DNA of 64,000 bases from Thermoanaerobaculia bacterium. Its GTDB lineage: Bacteria > Acidobacteriota > Thermoanaerobaculia > Gp7-AA8. The translations under genes were made by a program, and so were the position numbers. The stretch is taken from assembly GCA_035525015.1 (NCBI GenBank), contig DATLFC010000074.1, forward strand, positions 3,277 to 67,276. The letters are read 5' to 3'. The notes under the pieces were generated by a model. The model was not told the origin of the DNA. It searched no databases and saw only the letters and a list, made by a program, of their open reading frames with translations. Shown here piece after piece: positions 29,379-38,676 of the stretch. Numbering within the stretch: the first letter of the stretch is position 1; every line of letters begins with the position of its first letter.

Positions 29379-32321
29379 GTGAAGCGTTCGATCGCGCTGT
29401 GCATTCTTTTTTTCTTCGCCGCGCCGGCGGCATTCCCGTTCGGTCAGAACAAGATCGTCTACGACAAGTTCAACTGGAGCGTCTACCAGTCGACGCACTT
29501 CGACATCTACTTCTATGACGAAGAGCGGGAGGCGTTGCAGCGCGTGGTCGACAGCGCGGAGAGCGCCTACATGGAGCTCTCGCAGAAATTCAACTACCAG
29601 ATATCGAAGAAGATCCCGCTGATCTTCTATCACACGCATTCGGCGTTCGAGCAGACGAACGTCATGCTGAACTTCATCCCCGAGGGTGTGGGGGCGTTCG
29701 CCGAGCCGGCGCGCAACCGGATGGTGCTGCCGATCGACATGAGCGACGACAAGCTGCACCAGCTCATCCTCCATGAGCTGACCCACATCTTCGAATTCGA
29801 GATCTTCTTCCAGGGCAAGCTCGGGAAGACGGTGGCCGCGAGCCCTCCCACGTGGCTCATGGAGGGGCTGGCCTCGTTCATGGCCCAGGACGAAGACTCC
29901 CGCGACCGGATGGTGCTGCGTGACGCCGTGGTCAACGACCGCGTGCCGGCGATCACGCGCAATCCACAGGGCTATTTCGCCTACCGCTTCGGCCATGCCG
30001 TCTTCCGCTACATGCAGGAGAAGTACGGTTGGGAGGGGCTCCGCGATTTCATCTACGAATACCGCAACACGCTCGGCAATACAGTCGACCGGGCCCTGCG
30101 GCGCGCGTTCGAGGTGGAGCCCGACGAATTCGACACGCAGTTCCGGACGTGGCTGCGCAAGCAATACCTCCCGGCGCTCGTCGCCAAGGGGGAGCCGCAG
30201 GAGTACGGCGAGCCGTTCAAGATCGGCGGGGACATCAATAGCAATGACATCGCGCCGGTGCCCTCGCCGTCGGGCGACCTTCTGGCGGCCTTCGTCACCT
30301 ACAAGCAGGACGTCGACGTGGCGCTGTTCAATATCCCCGAGCGGCGCCTGCTGAAGAACCTGACGTCGGGATACACCAGCCGCTACGAATATGCGATTGC
30401 GCAGTCCTTCACCACGGCCCCCGTCATGGGGCGGGACATCGCCTGGTCGCCGGACGGCGACGCGGTCGCGCTGTTCGTCCGCCGCGAGCGCGGACGCGAC
30501 CTGCTCATGATCAATCCGATCACCGGTCAGATCGCCCGCACCGTCTCGATGGACATCGAGCAGCAGCTGGCCCCGTCGTTCTCACCTGACGGAAAGAAGA
30601 TCGCATTCTCCGGCTGGGTGGGCACGCAGCCCGACATCTTCATCTACGACCTCGACACGGGCGCCGTCGTGAACATCACCGACGACCGGTTCTTCGACGG
30701 CGCACCGGTGTTCTCGCCCGACGGCAAGTGGTTGATCTATTCATCCGTGGGCGACACGTACGCGAAGCTCTTCCGGCTGAATCTGGAGAATCCGGCCGAG
30801 CGTTATCAGCTCACCACCGGCCAGTGGAACGACATCGACGCCTGGTTCTCGCCCGACGGCAAGCGCGTCTTCTTCGCTTCCGACAAACAGACCGGCCGCG
30901 CCGCGATCGCGGCCGTGCAGATGTTCGAGGCGGCCGACGCCGCCGCGCGGACGGAGGGAGACCCGCCGGCTGCCGATCCGATGAACTTCGCCGCCTACAA
31001 CATCTACTCGCTCGATCTGGAGAGCGGCGACCTGCTCCAGTACACCGACGTCATCGGAGGATGCTTCACCCCGGTCGTCTTCACCGGCGAGAACAACCGC
31101 GAGCGGCTGGTCTTCTCCTCCTACTACAAGGGGCAATGGCGGCTGTTCTCGACGCCGACCGACAAACCGCTTCGGGCGGCGGAAAAGACCGTCCTCGCCT
31201 CCGCGCCGGTCGATGCCGAGGCTCGGAGCACGTTTCGCCCGGCTTCCGAGTACTTCATCGACGAGGAGAAGATCGCCGCCGCCGGCGGATTCCGGCTTTT
31301 CCTCGACGACATCGACGTGAATGCCGGCGTCACCTCCGATCAGATCCCGGTGTCGCGCTCGACGATCTATATGAGCGACATGCTCGGGAACCGGCGCTTC
31401 ATCGCCTCGCTCGACTCGGTGTCGTCCTTCTCGAACTTCGACTTTCTCTATCTCGATCTCCGCCGGCGGATGAACTGGGGCCTGCGCATCTTCGACAATC
31501 GCTCATTCTTCACCGCCCCCGACTTCGAGCGGGGGCAGATCGAGCGTATCCGGCAGACATACCGGGAGACCGGCGCGCTCGGCCTGGTCAGCTACCCCTT
31601 CACCCGCTACCACAGGGTCGACGCCGGGGCCGGCTACATCAGCCGATCGCTGGCCTTCCCCTTCCAGGTAGAGGGAGGGATTGCGTTCTTCGAGCGCCGT
31701 GATGAATTCCCCCTCGTCAGCTCCACATTCAGCGGCGACACGACGACCTACAAGTTCTTCGGGCCGATCTCCGGCCGCCGGTACAACCTCAGCGCCTCCT
31801 ACGCTCCCGACATCGAGGCGGGAGGAACGCTCAGCAACGACTACACGCTGGATTGGCGCGAGTACTACCAGCTCAGCTCCCGCACGCTCCTGGCGGCGCG
31901 GCTGTTCGTCGGGTACTCGAGCGGCAACTTTCCGAACTTCTACTACTTCGGCGGCCTGAACACGCTGCGCGGGTATCCCTTCCGCTCCATCGTCGGCAAC
32001 GAGGCCACATTCGCCAATTTCGAGTTCCGCTTCCCCCTGATCGACATCCTCGCCACGCCGTTCATCGTTCTGCAGCAGGTTCGCGGCGTCCTCTTTTTCG
32101 ATCTCGGCGCGGCGCGTTTCGCCGGCCTCGATCTCGAGACCGGCCAGCCCTTCCAGTTCATGGAGGGCGGACGGCTCAAGCATGGACGAGCCGCTGTCGG
32201 CTACGGCTTCTCGTTCAACTTCTGGGGCATGGAACTGCACTGGGACTTCGCCAAGCGCTCCGACGGAAAGGATACGGAAGGAAAGTACCGTTCGAGCTTC
32301 TGGATCGGTCAGACGTTCTAG
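29379..32321 (+). CDS. Outer-membrane Omp85-family beta-barrel fused to N-terminal HExxH metalloprotease-like domain and TolB-like PD40 beta-propeller
   Basis: Signal peptide. HELTH zinc motif near aa 130. At least four PD40 repeats (SPDG: IAWSPDGDAV, FSPDGKKIAF, FSPDGKWLIY, FSPDGKRVFF). C-terminal barrel with the Omp85 lid-loop motif NTLRGY and a terminal aromatic (IGQTF-COOH). Confidence 0.75.
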   Translation: MKRSIALCILFFFAAPAAFPFGQNKIVYDKFNWSVYQSTHFDIYFYDEEREALQRVVDSAESAYMELSQKFNYQISKKIPLIFYHTHSAFEQTNVMLNFIPEGVGAFAEPARNRMVLPIDMSDDKLHQLILHELTHIFEFEIFFQGKLGKTVAASPPTWLMEGLASFMAQDEDSRDRMVLRDAVVNDRVPAITRNPQGYFAYRFGHAVFRYMQEKYGWEGLRDFIYEYRNTLGNTVDRALRRAFEVEPDEFDTQFRTWLRKQYLPALVAKGEPQEYGEPFKIGGDINSNDIAPVPSPSGDLLAAFVTYKQDVDVALFNIPERRLLKNLTSGYTSRYEYAIAQSFTTAPVMGRDIAWSPDGDAVALFVRRERGRDLLMINPITGQIARTVSMDIEQQLAPSFSPDGKKIAFSGWVGTQPDIFIYDLDTGAVVNITDDRFFDGAPVFSPDGKWLIYSSVGDTYAKLFRLNLENPAERYQLTTGQWNDIDAWFSPDGKRVFFASDKQTGRAAIAAVQMFEAADAAARTEGDPPAADPMNFAAYNIYSLDLESGDLLQYTDVIGGCFTPVVFTGENNRERLVFSSYYKGQWRLFSTPTDKPLRAAEKTVLASAPVDAEARSTFRPASEYFIDEEKIAAAGGFRLFLDDIDVNAGVTSDQIPVSRSTIYMSDMLGNRRFIASLDSVSSFSNFDFLYLDLRRRMNWGLRIFDNRSFFTAPDFERGQIERIRQTYRETGALGLVSYPFTRYHRVDAGAGYISRSLAFPFQVEGGIAFFERRDEFPLVSSTFSGDTTTYKFFGPISGRRYNLSASYAPDIEAGGTLSNDYTLDWREYYQLSSRTLLAARLFVGYSSGNFPNFYYFGGLNTLRGYPFRSIVGNEATFANFEFRFPLIDILATPFIVLQQVRGVLFFDLGAARFAGLDLETGQPFQFMEGGRLKHGRAAVGYGFSFNFWGMELHWDFAKRSDGKDTEGKYRSSFWIGQTF

Positions 32322-32332
32322 TGTAGTGGCTC

Positions 32333-33382
32333 TCAGGCCGCGCGTGGGTTCTTACGGCGATCGGCGATCGTCTCGCGCAGGAATCGGAGCAGCGCCTTCT
32401 CCTCCATGGAGAGGCCCAGCTTGACCACCGGGCTCCCTTTGCGTGTCTTGCGGAGCGACTCGAACGTCTTCCCTTCCATGTATTCGTCGAGCAGCCGCGG
32501 ACAGATGTAGGAAGACTTGCAGACCGCCGGTGTGTTCCCCAGCTGTTCCGCCGTGGCCGTGATGGCCTTGCGCACGTTGCGCTTTCGTGCGGTCTTCGTC
32601 TCGCCCTGCCCCAGCCGGGCCAGGCTGATCGAGCAGAGCAGCGTCCCCGCCCAGGTGCGGAAGTCCTTGGCCGTGAAATTCTCACCGACGACCGACTGGA
32701 TGTAGTCGTTCACGTGGCGGTCCTTGACGTCGACGAGGCGGTCTCCCGACTCGAACTTGAAGAGCTCGCCGCCGCCCGCATGCTTCAGCCGCGCCACGAG
32801 CCTGGCCACTTCCGCGTCGCGCACGGCCCGGCGGTGCTTTTTCTTCCACTTCCCGACATAGTCGAACAGGAGCTTGTCGCCGCTCACTTCGACATGCCTG
32901 CCGTGCACCGTGGTGAGGCCGTACGTCGACTCCGACTTCGCGCTCTTGTCGTTGCCGACGCGAAAAAACCCCTGATCGATCAGGCGCACGATCGCCGCGA
33001 GGATGGTTTCGCGGCCGAGTGTCTCGTGTTTCAGGTCTTTCCGAACACGCTGCCGGAGGCGCGGAAGCGATTCTCCGAACTCGACGACGCGCCGGAACTT
33101 CTCCTCCTCGCGCTGGCTGCGGAAGCGCCAATGATAGAGATACTGGGTGCGTCCTTTCTTGTCGACGCCCACCGCCTGCAGCGGCGAGGAGTCGCTGCGC
33201 GCAATCCGGACGTTCTTCCAGGCGGGAGGGATCCGGAGCTTCCGGATCTGGGCCAGAGTTTTCTCGCCCGATACGGCCATCCGGTCGGCGCTCCGGTAAG
33301 AAAACCCCCGTTCCTTCGATCCCTCGCGGCGGATGCCGTGAAGATCGAGGTGCCACCGCCGCTTCACCGCTCGAGCGGGCAT
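32333..33382 (-). CDS. DNA topoisomerase IB (poxvirus-type, bacterial TopIB)
   Basis: TopIB core with the catalytic S-K-x-x-Y motif (CKSSYICP) and conserved Arg/Lys/His residues. Confidence 0.85.
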   Translation of the reverse strand: MPARAVKRRWHLDLHGIRREGSKERGFSYRSADRMAVSGEKTLAQIRKLRIPPAWKNVRIARSDSSPLQAVGVDKKGRTQYLYHWRFRSQREEEKFRRVVEFGESLPRLRQRVRKDLKHETLGRETILAAIVRLIDQGFFRVGNDKSAKSESTYGLTTVHGRHVEVSGDKLLFDYVGKWKKKHRRAVRDAEVARLVARLKHAGGGELFKFESGDRLVDVKDRHVNDYIQSVVGENFTAKDFRTWAGTLLCSISLARLGQGETKTARKRNVRKAITATAEQLGNTPAVCKSSYICPRLLDEYMEGKTFESLRKTRKGSPVVKLGLSMEEKALLRFLRETIADRRKNPRAA

Positions 33383-33414
33383 GATGTTGCCGATTTTGCG
33401 AGAATGGTGCCCTT

Positions 33415-35214
33415 TTGGAAAGCAACACAGACGCGCCAGGTCCCGTAACCCGTTCGCAGCAGTTGCTCGTGCTGGCGACGGCGGCGGGCGTCGCCCTTTC
33501 CCGCCTTCCGGCGATGTCGCAGACCCTTTGGGACTGGGACGAGGTGCAGTTCGCCATGGCGGTGGAAGAGTACGACGTTCCGTCGTATCGACCCCATCCT
33601 CCCGGCTTTCCGCTGTTCATTGCTCTGGCGAACATCGCGCGGGCGTTCGCTCCGTCCGACTTTCGAGCTTTGCAGGCAGTCACGGTGTTGGCGGCGGTCT
33701 CACTCTTCCCCCTTCTCTTTTTTCTTTTTCGCGAGCTGCGGTTTCCGTTTGCCACCGCCTGGGGCGGCGCGCTGCTGACGATGTTCGTCCCGAACGTCTG
33801 GTTCTACGGCGGCACCGGATTCAGCGACGTTCCCGCCCTGGCTCTCACGGTTGCGGCGTGCGCGTATCTGTTGCGCGGAGCGCGCGACCGCACTTCCTTT
33901 CTCCTCGGCGCCTTTCTGCTCGGTCTGTCCGCGGCGATGCGCCCGCAGGCGCTCCTCGTCGGAGCCGCTCCGGCGCTGGTGGCTGCCTGGAAGCGGCGGC
34001 ACCGCTGGCGCGACATCGTGCTCGCGATCGCCCTCGGTGCGACCACGATCGCCGCCGCCTACGCCGGGGCGGTGCTCGCTTCGAGCTCCTACGAGGACTA
34101 TGTCCAGACCGCCGCGAAGCTCCGTGAATACCTCCGGAGCGTCGATTCGTTTCTCAGTCCCGAGCGTCCTCCTCTCGGCGTCCTGTTCGAGTTCTTCTTC
34201 TTCCGCACTCTGCCGGGGGAGCCCTACGGGCGTCTGCTCGTCTACGCGGCCGCGGCGGGGCTCCTCGTCACGCTTCTGCGGCGCGAGGGGCGCGTGGTGC
34301 TGTTGCTGCTGATGTTCGTTCCGCTTCAGATATTCGCCTGGCTGATGCTCGATTATCACAGCGTGACGCGCTATGGCGTGATGTTCGCGCCGATGTACGC
34401 CGTGCTGGCGGCGGCAGCCGTCATCGGAGTACTGGCCTGGATTCCGGGTCTGGGGCGTGCCGCGGGGGCGGTCGTCATCGTGCTCTTCGCCGCTTCGTGG
34501 GCGCGCTGGACGTTTCCGGCGCTGACGGAGGTGCGGCGGCATGCGTCGCCTCCCGTGCGCGCTGTGATGTGGCTGAACGAAAACGTCCCATCGTCTTCGA
34601 TGGTGTACGTCCACGCCAGCTTCACATCGTTCGCGCGGTATTTCATGGGTGGCCGCCCGCACGAGAAGGTCGAGTCTCCGGCCGACCTCGGATCGGTGCC
34701 GGCCGCGGACGATGCGCTGCTCGTGAGCGAGACTTCTTTGCCGCTCCTGAGCGCGCAGCGTTTCGTCCGCGGGCGCGGCGTCCTGTTCGAGATCGCCCGG
34801 CGGCGCTATTTCGAAGTGACGGTGATCCGCGCCGGCGCGTGGGGGGAGTTCGGCGACGGCTGGCACGCAATGGAGTGGCATGGCGAGGCTGTCTGGCTCT
34901 GGATGGGGGGGCGCTCGGAGATGTCGCTCCCTCCCGCCGCCGGATCGATGAAGCTGTCGCTGCGCCTCGAGCCGGCGCTCGAGCACGGTCCGCCCATCAT
35001 CGAGGCACAGCTGAACGGCCAACTCGTGGAGCGCTTCGCGCTGACGGAAACGATGGAGAAGAGCTGGGTCGTGCCGGCGCGCTCGGACGGCTGGAACGAG
35101 CTCGTGCTGACGAGCGATCGGTTCGTGAACCCGCTGCAGGAAGGCATCTCCGCCGACGGCCGCGACCTGTCGCTGCGGTTGCTCGGCTACGACTGGGTGC
35201 CGGCGAAGCGATGA
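33415..35214 (+). CDS. GT-C fold polytopic membrane glycosyltransferase (PMT/ArnT/DUF2723-like), paralog 1
   Basis: Loop-1 acidic motif WDWDEVQF and HPPGFPLF resemble the PMT/ArnT DE and KPPL motifs. 10-12 transmembrane helices plus a soluble C-terminal domain. Confidence 0.6.
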   Translation: MESNTDAPGPVTRSQQLLVLATAAGVALSRLPAMSQTLWDWDEVQFAMAVEEYDVPSYRPHPPGFPLFIALANIARAFAPSDFRALQAVTVLAAVSLFPLLFFLFRELRFPFATAWGGALLTMFVPNVWFYGGTGFSDVPALALTVAACAYLLRGARDRTSFLLGAFLLGLSAAMRPQALLVGAAPALVAAWKRRHRWRDIVLAIALGATTIAAAYAGAVLASSSYEDYVQTAAKLREYLRSVDSFLSPERPPLGVLFEFFFFRTLPGEPYGRLLVYAAAAGLLVTLLRREGRVVLLLLMFVPLQIFAWLMLDYHSVTRYGVMFAPMYAVLAAAAVIGVLAWIPGLGRAAGAVVIVLFAASWARWTFPALTEVRRHASPPVRAVMWLNENVPSSSMVYVHASFTSFARYFMGGRPHEKVESPADLGSVPAADDALLVSETSLPLLSAQRFVRGRGVLFEIARRRYFEVTVIRAGAWGEFGDGWHAMEWHGEAVWLWMGGRSEMSLPPAAGSMKLSLRLEPALEHGPPIIEAQLNGQLVERFALTETMEKSWVVPARSDGWNELVLTSDRFVNPLQEGISADGRDLSLRLLGYDWVPAKR

Positions 35215-36647
35215 TCGATCTGACGACTGCGCCGCCGAGCCTGAGCCGGCGGGAGATGCTTCTGGCCGGAATGGCGACCGTGGTCGTCGCGGTCACACGT
35301 GTGCTGGCCCTGGCCCGAACCCCGTGGGACTGGGACGAGATGCTGTTTCTTCTCGGGCTGCGCGACTACGACGTTGCGCTCCACCATCCCCATCCACCCG
35401 GGTTCCCGCTCTTCTTGCTCGCCGCGCGTCTCTTCATGGAGCTCGGCCTGGAGCCGTTCCGGGCGCTGCAGGCGGTGAACCTCGTCGCAGCCGTGGCCAT
35501 CGTTCCGGCCGTGCTGTTCTTCTGCCGGGAGCTCCGGCTCCCGTTTCCGGTCTCCCTGGCGGCCGCGCTGCTGTTCTCGTTCTTTCCGAACGTCTGGTTC
35601 TTCGGCGGCACCGGATTCAGCGATGTCGCGGCGATCGTGCTGACGTTGTTCGCTTGTGCGCTGCTATTGCGCGGAGGACGATCCCCCGCGGCGTTCCTCT
35701 CCGGCGCGGTGGTGATCGCCGTCGCCGCCGGCTTCCGGCCGCAGAACCTGCTGGTGGGTGCGTTACCGGCGCTCGCCGGCGCCTGGTCGCAACTGCGGCA
35801 GCGTCGCTTCGGCACCGTGGCCGGAGCGGCAGGCATCGTTCTCGTGATCACGGCTGGCAGCTACGCCGGAGCCGTGATGGCGACCGGGGAATGGTCGCGA
35901 TACCGTGACTCGCTGCTCGCGCATCAGCGGTATCTCGTGGAGGTCGACTCGTTCCTGAGCGAGATCCGCCCGTCGCTGCTCCAGGTCTCGGACGACTTCT
36001 TCGTCCGCCCGTTTCGTTTTCCCGCGGCGAACGCGGCGCTGAGCCTGCTGGCCACCCTTTCCGCGGTGACGGCGCTGGTCCGCCGGCGGATGGCGATCGT
36101 TCTGGCCATCGCGACATTCGGGCCGTTCTGGCTGCTGGCGTGGTTCACGCTCGATTTCCACAGCGCCAGCCGCTTCTCGATCGGGTACATGCCGCTGCTG
36201 GCCATCCTCGCAGCGGACGGCATCGCCACGGTGGCCGCATGGAGTAGGAGAAGCCCGCGGGTGCAGGGCGTTGCGACGATCGCCCTGGCGGGACTGCTCG
36301 CGGCCGGCATGGCCGTCTGGACGTGGAACGGGATCCGCCGCGTCCGCGAGGAGCCGTCGCCGCCGCTGCAGGCGATCGCGTTCGTCAGGCAGACGTTCGC
36401 CGCCGAGACGATCGTCTACGTTCCCAAACGGCTCCGCCCTCATGCCGAGTACTACCTCGACGATTTCCGGCTCGTGCACATCGAGGACGAGCCGACTGCA
36501 GCCGCGTTGCGCAGCAGCGGCGCGGTCTATCTCCTCGAAGGTGACGGCGGCGTCGCCGGCGGCAGGACGTTCGCGTGGCCGGAGGAGCCGCTCTGGAACA
36601 TCGCACGCCGCCGCTACTTCAAGGTCTCCGTGATTCCGATCGGGTGA
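35211..36647 (+). CDS. GT-C fold polytopic membrane glycosyltransferase, paralog 2 (tandem duplicate)
   Basis: Same motifs (WDWDEMLF, HPPGFPLF). Start overlaps the upstream stop (ATGA). C-terminal domain ends with the same RRRYFKVSVI sequence as paralog 1. Confidence 0.6.
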   Translation: MIDLTTAPPSLSRREMLLAGMATVVVAVTRVLALARTPWDWDEMLFLLGLRDYDVALHHPHPPGFPLFLLAARLFMELGLEPFRALQAVNLVAAVAIVPAVLFFCRELRLPFPVSLAAALLFSFFPNVWFFGGTGFSDVAAIVLTLFACALLLRGGRSPAAFLSGAVVIAVAAGFRPQNLLVGALPALAGAWSQLRQRRFGTVAGAAGIVLVITAGSYAGAVMATGEWSRYRDSLLAHQRYLVEVDSFLSEIRPSLLQVSDDFFVRPFRFPAANAALSLLATLSAVTALVRRRMAIVLAIATFGPFWLLAWFTLDFHSASRFSIGYMPLLAILAADGIATVAAWSRRSPRVQGVATIALAGLLAAGMAVWTWNGIRRVREEPSPPLQAIAFVRQTFAAETIVYVPKRLRPHAEYYLDDFRLVHIEDEPTAAALRSSGAVYLLEGDGGVAGGRTFAWPEEPLWNIARRRYFKVSVIPIG

Positions 36648-38582
36648 TCACGGCTTGAACTGGATCATCTGCGCGATCCAGGTCTTGACCCGTTTGCCGT
36701 CTTTCATCGGCGGCGTGTAACGGGCGGCGCGGAAGGCGCGGATGGCCGAGTCGTTGAAGCCGAAGCGCGGTTCTCCCCGGAGGATCTTCACCTCGACCAC
36801 CTCGCCGGTTTCCGAGACCAGGATGCTGGCCATGACCGTCGCTTCCATCTTCTGTCTCGCCGCAATCGGCGGATAGGACGGGCGAGGTTCCCTGATCGCC
36901 GTCGGCACCTCGTCGAGCTCACCCATGTCGACGACGTCACCCTCCCGGATCACCGGCGCGGGCGGAGGCTGCGGCGGAGGCTGCGGCGGAGGCTGGCTCT
37001 GAGGCTGCGTTTGGGTCAAAACGGGAGGAGGAGCGGCCGTGGCGGGATTCGCCAGCGGCTCCAGAGCAGCGATCTGCGTTTCCGACGTCCAGGGCCGCTG
37101 CGCCACGGTGGTCGTGATCTCTTCCTCGCGCTGCGGCATGGCGGCCGCCGGTTCCTGTTCCGCCTGGACCACGGCGGGCTGCGAAGCCACCGTCGAGGTC
37201 AGCGGTGCGTTGCGCGCCTGCTCGCGCCGGAGCTGTTGCGTGTATTCGGCCTGAAGTTTCAGCAGCTCTTCCTGAAGGCGGCGCTTCACCGCTGCGTCGA
37301 ACAGTCTCTTGCGCTCCGCTTCATCGATCTTCGGTTGCGCGGCAGGGGCGGAAGGAGCTTCCGGCTCCTCGACCGTCGGGGAAGCGACGATCGGCTCCGG
37401 GGCGACGACCGGTTGCGGCTGGGGCGCCGGCGGCGTCATCGCGCCGGCGACGTGAACCACGGGAACAGCCGGTGCCGGCCGTTTCGCGCCCAGCGTGAGC
37501 CAGGCCCCGACGCCTGCGGCAGCGAGGACCGTCGCTGCCGCGATACCCACCGCCAGTCTGCTCCTCCCTGCCGCCGGCTTCTCGGCAGCCACCGGCTGCG
37601 CTTCCGCCTGCAGATAGGGAGCGAGGCTGATCTTCGATTCCCTCTCCCGCTCGCCCGCTTCCACCTCCATCTCTTTTTTCAGGAGCGTGCTGAGATAGAA
37701 GGCGAGATTGAAACTCGTGGCGGCATAGCGGCCGCTCGAAGAGAGAGCGGCGAGCGCGGTGTGCACGTCGGATGGACTTGCGTATCGCGCCGCGGGATCG
37801 ATGTTGAGCGACTTCTCCAGAATGGAGCGGATGTCATCGGGAAGCGGATCGCCGGCCATGCTCCTGGCCGCGCGCACGGCGTGCGTAAACGCGCTCGCGC
37901 GCGTGGCGTCGGGCGGCTCATGACCCGTGACCAGAAGGTAAAGGAGTGCGCCGAGCGAGTAGACCTCGCTCGACCTGGAAGCCTGGCCTGAATGCTGCGT
38001 CTCGGGAGCGAAGTAGCGGCCGATCTCGACGGCAACCTTCTCGTCGCGCAGCGACGCGGCCAGTCCGCGCCCCAGCTGCTGCCCTGCCACGCGAATCTCC
38101 CCATCCTCTGTGATCCAGACGAACTGCGGAACGAGTCCTCCGTGCAGCAGACGCTCGGCGCCGAGTCGCAGCTCCGCCGTCGCCGCCAGCGAGAGCGCGA
38201 CACGTTCCACGACGGCGAGGGTCTGATCGAGAGGGATGGGATGCGGCGCGGACCCGGTACCGCGCGCACGGTCGACGATGTAGCGCAGGGAACGACCCGA
38301 TTCATATTCGTGCGCGATCGTGACCACGCCGTTGATGACCGTGATCTGCTGCTCTTTGACGAACGTCGGACCGGTGAGCGACTCCGCGATCTGCTCCGCC
38401 GACTGCGCGGCCGCAAGGAGTGCCTCGCTTCCGCCGCTGAACCGGCGCAGGGCCACCACGCGCCCCGGCGCGCCGTCCTCGATCCTCACCGCCCGGAAGA
38501 GATCGCCGAGTGCATCCGACTCCAGCTTTTTCAGCAGAACGTAAGGACCGAACGTCTCGTAAGGCCTTGCCTTTGCGGCCAT
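36648..38582 (-). CDS. Membrane-spanning pseudokinase (Ser/Thr kinase-like) fused to TonB C-terminal domain
   Basis: Kinase fold has the APE region retained, HRD replaced by HGG, no DFG and a degenerate Gly loop. One transmembrane helix, then a Pro-rich spacer (PPPQPPPQPPPAP). TonB_C motifs at the C-terminus (ARYTPPMKDGKRVKTWIAQMIQFK). Confidence 0.7.
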   Translation of the reverse strand: MAAKARPYETFGPYVLLKKLESDALGDLFRAVRIEDGAPGRVVALRRFSGGSEALLAAAQSAEQIAESLTGPTFVKEQQITVINGVVTIAHEYESGRSLRYIVDRARGTGSAPHPIPLDQTLAVVERVALSLAATAELRLGAERLLHGGLVPQFVWITEDGEIRVAGQQLGRGLAASLRDEKVAVEIGRYFAPETQHSGQASRSSEVYSLGALLYLLVTGHEPPDATRASAFTHAVRAARSMAGDPLPDDIRSILEKSLNIDPAARYASPSDVHTALAALSSSGRYAATSFNLAFYLSTLLKKEMEVEAGERERESKISLAPYLQAEAQPVAAEKPAAGRSRLAVGIAAATVLAAAGVGAWLTLGAKRPAPAVPVVHVAGAMTPPAPQPQPVVAPEPIVASPTVEEPEAPSAPAAQPKIDEAERKRLFDAAVKRRLQEELLKLQAEYTQQLRREQARNAPLTSTVASQPAVVQAEQEPAAAMPQREEEITTTVAQRPWTSETQIAALEPLANPATAAPPPVLTQTQPQSQPPPQPPPQPPPAPVIREGDVVDMGELDEVPTAIREPRPSYPPIAARQKMEATVMASILVSETGEVVEVKILRGEPRFGFNDSAIRAFRAARYTPPMKDGKRVKTWIAQMIQFKP

Positions 38583-38676
38583 CACTACCTCGCGATGCAG
38601 AGTTATTGTTATGGACAAAGGTAAGGATAGCACCAGACCGGCCAGGAGTCAGGCGGGCTGGGGCATGGAAGTCTGC

